Positions 16,357-21,433 of a stretch of DNA of 21,433 bases are shown here, piece after piece (within the stretch, counting starts at the first letter, position 1; each line of letters begins with the position of its first letter). A model generated the notes under the pieces. That model was not told where the DNA came from. It searched no databases and saw nothing but the letters and a program-made list of their open reading frames with translations. The stretch covers positions 957 to 22,389 of the forward strand of contig JAYPIC010000028.1 in NCBI GenBank assembly GCA_038127595.1. Direction: 5' to 3'. Both the position numbers and the translations under genes were made by a program. The stretch is from a bacterium. GTDB taxonomy: Bacteria > Fidelibacterota > Marinisomatia > Marinisomatales > UBA1611.

Positions 16357-17460
16357 ATGCCATTAGTACCATCTTATATAAAAAAACTAGAACGATATAA
16401 ACCTGGTAAGTCTTCTTTTAACGTCGATATTAAAAATGGCCCATCATCACTCATTAAACTATCTTCAAATGAAAATCCATTTGGACCGAGTCCTCTTGCG
16501 CTAAACGCAATTGAAGAGGCGAACCATAACCTGCATAGATACCCAGATGCTACAGGTTATGAGCTAAGAAAAAAACTAGCTGATAAATTCCAGGTTAAAG
16601 TTGCAAATGTTACCATAGGATCGGGCTCTGAGGGTATTATGTCAAGTATAATGCGAACATTTTTATTAGCTGATGATGAAATCATAAGCGCAGAGGGTTC
16701 ATTCATTGGTTTTCGTGTACTAGCAAACGCCTCAGGTAGAAAAGTTCATTGGGTGCCAATGGAAGAAGGAAAATATAACCTAAAAAAAATGGCTGAAAAA
16801 ATAACAGAGTATACAAAGATAATCTATATTGCAAATCCTGATAACCCAATGGGTACTTATATTACTAAATCTGATTTTGATACTTTTTATAAACATGTTC
16901 CGAAAAGAACACTTATAATATTAGATGAGGCGTACTATGAGTATGCTAACTATCAAGACGACTACCCTGATTCAATGTTCTACCGATATGACAATGTAAT
17001 CACGCTAAGGACTTTCTCAAAGGCATATGGACTTGGAGGGATTCGTCTGGGTTATGGATTTGCTCATGAATACCTTATAGAGAATTTAAATAAAGTCAAA
17101 CCTCCTTTTGAACCGTCTTCGCTAGCACAGGCTGCGGGTCTTGCAGCTCTAAATGATATTGAATTTTTAAATAAAACAATTAACGAGAATCGCAATGGAA
17201 TGAAATTATTATCAAAGGAATTTAAGAAAATGGATATCAATTTCATTCCAAGCTACACAAATTTTATTACTACGATTTGGGAAAGTGCTGAAAAAGCTGA
17301 AAGTATTGTTGATGAGCTTTTGAAAAAAGGAATCATTGTAAGAAAGCTATCTTCATTTGGTTGGCAAAACTGTATTAGAATTACGATAGGGACTAAGAAA
17401 GAAAACACTAGTTTAATTAAAGCTTTAAGCTCAATTATGGATTGCTTTAAAAATGAATAA
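16357..17460 (+). CDS. hisC: HisC-family (class I-beta) PLP aminotransferase; histidinol-phosphate or aromatic amino acid aminotransferase
   Basis: YKPG, KLSSNENPFGPS, RYPD, NPDNPMGT, DEAYYEY, RTFSKAYGLGGIRLGY (PLP Lys), RITIG. First gene of the hppD operon (8-nt overlap). Confidence 0.85.
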   Translation: MPLVPSYIKKLERYKPGKSSFNVDIKNGPSSLIKLSSNENPFGPSPLALNAIEEANHNLHRYPDATGYELRKKLADKFQVKVANVTIGSGSEGIMSSIMRTFLLADDEIISAEGSFIGFRVLANASGRKVHWVPMEEGKYNLKKMAEKITEYTKIIYIANPDNPMGTYITKSDFDTFYKHVPKRTLIILDEAYYEYANYQDDYPDSMFYRYDNVITLRTFSKAYGLGGIRLGYGFAHEYLIENLNKVKPPFEPSSLAQAAGLAALNDIEFLNKTINENRNGMKLLSKEFKKMDINFIPSYTNFITTIWESAEKAESIVDELLKKGIIVRKLSSFGWQNCIRITIGTKKENTSLIKALSSIMDCFKNE

Positions 17461-18541
17461 ATACAATATAAAAGCATTTGATCACTGCGAGCTTTATGTT
17501 GGAAATGCAAAGCAAGCAGCATATTATTACAAGAACGCGTTAGGATTTACGCCCATTGCTCACTGTGGCCTAGAAACAGGCAATCGGCAAAAGGTCAGTT
17601 ATGTAATGGAGCAGAATCAAGTTAGATTCCTGCTCACCTCACCAATGGTATCCAATACTGATATTGGTAGACATCTAGATAAACATGGAGACGGTGTAAA
17701 AGATATTTCTCTTACCGTTGATAATGCTGAAGAAGCTTGGAAAGAAACAATAAAAAATGGTGCAGAAAGTGTATCAAAACCAAAGTTAATGCAAGACAGC
17801 CATGGCGAAGTAATTGTAGCAACAATTAAAACCTATGGAGATACAACTCATACATTTGTTGAGAGAAATAACTATAAAGGGCCATTTTTACCTGGATATG
17901 AAGAAATAGACATATTGGAAAATACTTCATATTCCGGGATAACACACATCGACCATATTGTAGGGAATCAGTCTGAAGGTGAAATGAAAGTTGTTTGTGA
18001 GTTTTATGAAAAAATATTTGGTTGGCATCGTTTCTGGTCAGTTGATGATAAAGATATTTCTACTAAGTACAGTTCCTTAAAATCAGTAGTCATGGCAAAT
18101 AAAAATGAAAAAATAAAGATGCCAATTAATGAACCCGCTAATGGGTTGAAGAAATCTCAAATTCAGGAATATATTGATTTTTATGGCGGGCCTGGTGTCC
18201 AACATATAGCTATGTCTACAAAAAACATTATTGATACTGTAAAAAAATTAAAATCAAATGGAGTAGAATTTTTACCTACCCCGAAATCTTATTATACTAA
18301 TCTCAAGCAAAGAGTTGGTGATATAAGCGAAGACCTGAACGAGATATCTAAACTAGGCATTCTGATCGATAGTGATGAAAAAGGATATATGTTACAAATT
18401 TTTACAAAACCAATCCAAGATCGCCCAACATTATTTTTCGAAATAATACAAAGAAAAGGGTCCAATAGTTTTGGTAAAGGAAATTTTAAAGCATTGTTTG
18501 AATCCATTGAAAGAGAGCAAATTCAAAGAGGAAATTTGTAA
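17453..18541 (+). CDS. hppD: 4-hydroxyphenylpyruvate dioxygenase
   Basis: HLDKHGDGVKDI; Fe ligands in IDHIVGN, VQHIAM and FFEIIQRKG; KSQIQEY; FGKGNFKALFESIEREQ..RGNL. Confidence 0.97.
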   Translation: MNKYNIKAFDHCELYVGNAKQAAYYYKNALGFTPIAHCGLETGNRQKVSYVMEQNQVRFLLTSPMVSNTDIGRHLDKHGDGVKDISLTVDNAEEAWKETIKNGAESVSKPKLMQDSHGEVIVATIKTYGDTTHTFVERNNYKGPFLPGYEEIDILENTSYSGITHIDHIVGNQSEGEMKVVCEFYEKIFGWHRFWSVDDKDISTKYSSLKSVVMANKNEKIKMPINEPANGLKKSQIQEYIDFYGGPGVQHIAMSTKNIIDTVKKLKSNGVEFLPTPKSYYTNLKQRVGDISEDLNEISKLGILIDSDEKGYMLQIFTKPIQDRPTLFFEIIQRKGSNSFGKGNFKALFESIEREQIQRGNL

Positions 18542-18544
18542 AGC

Positions 18545-19510
18545 ATGAAATTTTTAACCTATAAAGAACATAATAATCCAAGCCAAATATTTGGTTTTAA
18601 GTACAAGAATGAATTAATTGATATCAATAAATCAGCAGTGTATTTCATCGATAAATATTCTGATGATAGGTTTGTATCCATACCCAAAACACTAAAGGAA
18701 GCCCTTGTGAACTGGGATAGAAATTTTTTATTATTGAAAGAACTAGAAACAAAAATATCTCAAGAAGATACAAGTTCATTTTCTATCAAAGAAAAAGATG
18801 CTTTAATTCTACCTCCTGTACCAGACCCTCCATCATTCAGAGACTTTTATGCTTTTGAGCAACATGTTCGCGCCGCAAGAAAACTTAGAGGTTTAGAAAT
18901 GAATCCAGATTGGTACAAAATCGCTATTTTTTATTTTTCAAATCCGAACTGTTGTTATGGCCACAAAGAAGAAATTCCTTATCCCAAAAATACCACAGAG
19001 CTAGACTTCGAATTAGAATTCGCTATTATAATTGGTAATGGTGGAAGCGATATAGAAGCATCTGATGCAAATAAGGTTATAGCAGGTTATACGATACTAA
19101 ACGATTGGTCTTCAAGAAATTTACAAAGAGAAGAGATGCCTATGAGCCTTGGCCCTGCAAAAGGAAAAGATTTTGCATCCTCTTTTGGACCATATATGGT
19201 TACGCCAGACGAGCTTGAAAATGACTGGGATGATCACGGTAAGTTAAACCTAAGAATGACATGCCATGTAAATGGGAACCTTATTTCAGATGGTAATACG
19301 AATGATCTCTACCATTCATTTGGAGATATGATCGAACGTGCTAGTATGAACACAAAATTAGTTCCAGGCGAATACATTGGGTCAGGCACTGTGGGAACCG
19401 GTTGCATACTTGAACTTAGGCCAGAGAATACTGGTGGGTGGATAAAAAAAGGAGATTCTGTACGATTAGAAATAGAAAAATTAGGCGCTTTAGAAAATAG
19501 AATTATATAA
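18545..19510 (+). CDS. fahA: Fumarylacetoacetate hydrolase-family protein (probable fumarylacetoacetase)
   Basis: FRDFYAFEQHV, FYFSNP, LDFELEFAIIIG, GYTILNDWSSRNLQ, AKGKDFASSFGP, GSGTVGTGC. Lies between hppD and hmgA. Confidence 0.85.
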   Translation: MKFLTYKEHNNPSQIFGFKYKNELIDINKSAVYFIDKYSDDRFVSIPKTLKEALVNWDRNFLLLKELETKISQEDTSSFSIKEKDALILPPVPDPPSFRDFYAFEQHVRAARKLRGLEMNPDWYKIAIFYFSNPNCCYGHKEEIPYPKNTTELDFELEFAIIIGNGGSDIEASDANKVIAGYTILNDWSSRNLQREEMPMSLGPAKGKDFASSFGPYMVTPDELENDWDDHGKLNLRMTCHVNGNLISDGNTNDLYHSFGDMIERASMNTKLVPGEYIGSGTVGTGCILELRPENTGGWIKKGDSVRLEIEKLGALENRII

Positions 19511-19516
19511 TTAGTT

Positions 19517-20662
19517 ATGCCATTTTATCAAAAAAAAGGAACTATCCCACAAAAAAGACATACACAATTCAAAAATAGCAATGGCGAGCTATATTGGGAG
19601 GAATTAATAAGCAGAAATGGGTTCAGCCATATGTACTCAAATATATATCATTCCAACCCGCCAACCGCAATTAGAGCATTAGGCCGAAAAACTAAATTCA
19701 AAGTAACCACATATGATAAAACAAATAAGCATTATCATTTGAGAACATCAAAGATAAAAAGTAAAGGAGATGCTTTATCATCAAGAAGAATGCTCTTTTC
19801 AAATGAAGATGTATGTGTATATAAGTCTCATATAAACCAAAATATGAAAACTTTATTTAAAAACGCTTATGCAGATGAGCTACTTTTTGTAAGCTCAGGT
19901 AAAGGAATTTTAGAAACAAATTTTGGAAACCTGAATATCACATATGGCGACTATATTGTTATTCCGAGAGGAGTAATTTGGAAAATAGATATTGAGTCTG
20001 AAATGAAAATTTTAGTCATTGAAGCTAGCGGTCCAATTGAGACTCCTGAAAGATATAGAAATAAATTTGGACAACTATTAGAACATTCTCCATTTTCAGA
20101 GCGAGACATTATTACCCCTAATTTTCAGAAAGCCATTCAAAAGTCATCGCCTAAAATTAAAATAAAATATAAAGATGTTGTCCAATCTTATGAATATGAA
20201 CATCACCCTTTTGACCTTGTTGGCTGGGATGGATACTACTACCCATGGAAATTTAACATAAAAGATTTTATGCCAATTACAGGAAAAATTCATCAGCCCC
20301 CTCCTGTACATCAAACATTTCAATCTAAAGGTTTTGTAGTTTGTTCGTTCGTTCCAAGGCTTTTTGATTACCACGAAAAATCAATACCAGCACCATATGC
20401 TCATAGTAATGTGGATTCTGAAGAAATAATTTATTATGTTGAAGGAGAGTTTATGAGTAGAGAAGGCATCGAGCCTGAATCAATAACTTACCATCCAATG
20501 GGATTAACCCATGGTCCTCAGCCGGGTAAAATTGAAAAATCAATTGGAGAAAAAAAAACAGAAGAGTTTGCTGTAATGATCGACACGTTTAATCCACTGG
20601 AACTAACAGAAAATTCAAAGAAGATTGAAGATGAAAACTATGTTTTCTCTTGGAAAAGATAA
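19517..20662 (+). CDS. hmgA: Homogentisate 1,2-dioxygenase
   Basis: KNAYADELLFV, GDYIVIPRG, GQLLEHSPFSERD, PFDLVGWDG, HQPPPVHQTF, CSFVPR; Fe-ligand region PYAHSNVDSEE...THGP. Confidence 0.95.
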   Translation: MPFYQKKGTIPQKRHTQFKNSNGELYWEELISRNGFSHMYSNIYHSNPPTAIRALGRKTKFKVTTYDKTNKHYHLRTSKIKSKGDALSSRRMLFSNEDVCVYKSHINQNMKTLFKNAYADELLFVSSGKGILETNFGNLNITYGDYIVIPRGVIWKIDIESEMKILVIEASGPIETPERYRNKFGQLLEHSPFSERDIITPNFQKAIQKSSPKIKIKYKDVVQSYEYEHHPFDLVGWDGYYYPWKFNIKDFMPITGKIHQPPPVHQTFQSKGFVVCSFVPRLFDYHEKSIPAPYAHSNVDSEEIIYYVEGEFMSREGIEPESITYHPMGLTHGPQPGKIEKSIGEKKTEEFAVMIDTFNPLELTENSKKIEDENYVFSWKR

Positions 20663-20663
20663 A

Positions 20664-21287
20664 ATGATCTATGACCCAGAAAAACTAACGTTCCAGCAAA
20701 CTCATAAATTAATGATTGGCTCTATAATACCACGGCCGATTGCATTTGTTGCAACAACTAGTAATGAAAAAATAAACAATATTGCTCCTTTCTCGTATTT
20801 TAACGGTGTTTGCTCTAACCCGCCAACAATTATGTTTGCGCCAGCTAGGAGGGGTTGGGATGGAAAAGAAAAAGATACTCTCGTAAACATTCGAGACACA
20901 AAAGAATTCACAATAAATATCGTCTCAGAATCATTCGCACAACAGATGGTCGAATGTTCTACTGATTATGATAGCAAAGTAGATGAATTTGATATTTCCG
21001 GACTAAATATTGCTAAATCAAAAAAAATATTACCTCCTAGGTTAAAAGAAGCTAAAATAAGTTTCGAGTGTAAACTAAATCAAATTGTCGAAATTGGAGA
21101 TGGTAAAGCAGGTAGTGGGTTTGTTGTGATTGGAAGTATAGTTTTATTTCATATTAATGATGAAATCATCACAAACGAAAAAATAGATATCCAAAAACTC
21201 AATCCCATTGGTAGACTTGCAGGAGATTGGTATACTAAGCCAACAAATAATTTTAAAATGTCGAGAAAAATTAAACCCACCAAATAA
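20664..21287 (+). CDS. Flavin reductase-like FMN-binding split-barrel protein
   Basis: IIPRPIAFVAT, NIAPFSYFN, KDTLVNIRDTKEFTINIV, DEF..SGL, FECKL, PIGRLAG..Y. ATG 20664 (1 nt after the hmgA stop) preferred over 20625. Confidence 0.9.
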   Translation: MIYDPEKLTFQQTHKLMIGSIIPRPIAFVATTSNEKINNIAPFSYFNGVCSNPPTIMFAPARRGWDGKEKDTLVNIRDTKEFTINIVSESFAQQMVECSTDYDSKVDEFDISGLNIAKSKKILPPRLKEAKISFECKLNQIVEIGDGKAGSGFVVIGSIVLFHINDEIITNEKIDIQKLNPIGRLAGDWYTKPTNNFKMSRKIKPTK

Positions 21288-21341
21288 CCTCATTATAAAT
21301 TATAATTACCTAATTATTTTAAAATTACATACACCTTAACA

Positions 21342-21433
21342 ATGCAGCCTGACAGCCCTATATATAAAGCACAGACCGTTGGCAATATTGAACCAATAGA
21401 ATACATGATACCCTACCCAAGCACACAAGCTAT
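21342..21433 (+). CDS. Probable 5' end of a CDS cut by the window edge (product unknown)
   Basis: ATG 21342 opens MQPDSPIYKAQTVGNIEPIEYMIPYPSTQA... to the end of the window, after an AT-rich 54-bp gap; same strand as the preceding operon. Confidence 0.5.
   Translation, partial: MQPDSPIYKAQTVGNIEPIEYMIPYPSTQA

Noticed and set aside
17453..20662. Pyomelanin production cluster
   Set aside because: hmgA is intact with its metal-ligand motifs and is in the same operon, so homogentisate should be degraded rather than accumulate.
17064..20911. Antisense ORFs 17064..17246, 17253..17522, 18292..18507, 20144..20374 and 20702..20911 (all -)
   Set aside because: Shadows of the hisC-hppD-hmgA-flavin reductase genes with no independent evidence.
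1860..21341. Recurrent TAAATT/TAAAATT hexamers upstream of several starts (1885, 3178, tRNA, 16299, 21342) as a lineage-specific -10 element
   Set aside because: Plausible, but expected by chance in AT-rich spacers and also present inside genes; cannot be supported without transcription-start data.
21310..21433. Minus-strand hydrophobic reading (IACVLG*GIMYSIGSIL...) suggesting stop-codon readthrough
   Set aside because: The plus-strand frame from ATG 21342 is open and more protein-like, and all other genes read normally in the standard bacterial code, so there is no evidence of recoding.

Overview
AT-rich (roughly one-third GC by eye), densely packed bacterial chromosomal segment with many zero-gap or overlapping gene junctions. 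Gene content and style suggest a streamlined marine FCB-group heterotroph such as Marinimicrobia/SAR406; this is an inference. Left (+): 3' end of a sulfatase with a discoidin-like C-terminal domain, a YkuE-type metallophosphoesterase, a MORN-repeat/Ig-like secreted protein, a small membrane-anchored protein and a TerB-like protein. Middle (-), in transcription order: Ig-like lipoprotein, ManC, small hypothetical, HIT protein, small membrane protein, Na+/solute symporter, tryptophan 2,3-dioxygenase, tRNA-Asn(GTT), oligopeptidase B, DUF1295 protein and an S9 peptidase. Right (+): a homogentisate (Tyr/Phe catabolism) operon of HisC-like aminotransferase, hppD, FAH-family hydrolase, hmgA and a flavin reductase-like gene, then the probable start of another gene. 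I saw no mobile element, CRISPR array or prophage. Main leads: (1) a translationally coupled HIT / small membrane protein / symporter module whose symporter has a C-terminal double-psi-beta-barrel-like domain and an unusual basic TM1 motif; (2) a homogentisate operon without maiA; (3) a 15-bp motif shared upstream of the Trp and Tyr catabolic genes; (4) an internal twin-arginine motif in the phosphoesterase; (5) a probable lipoprotein form of oligopeptidase B starting 17 nt after the tRNA.
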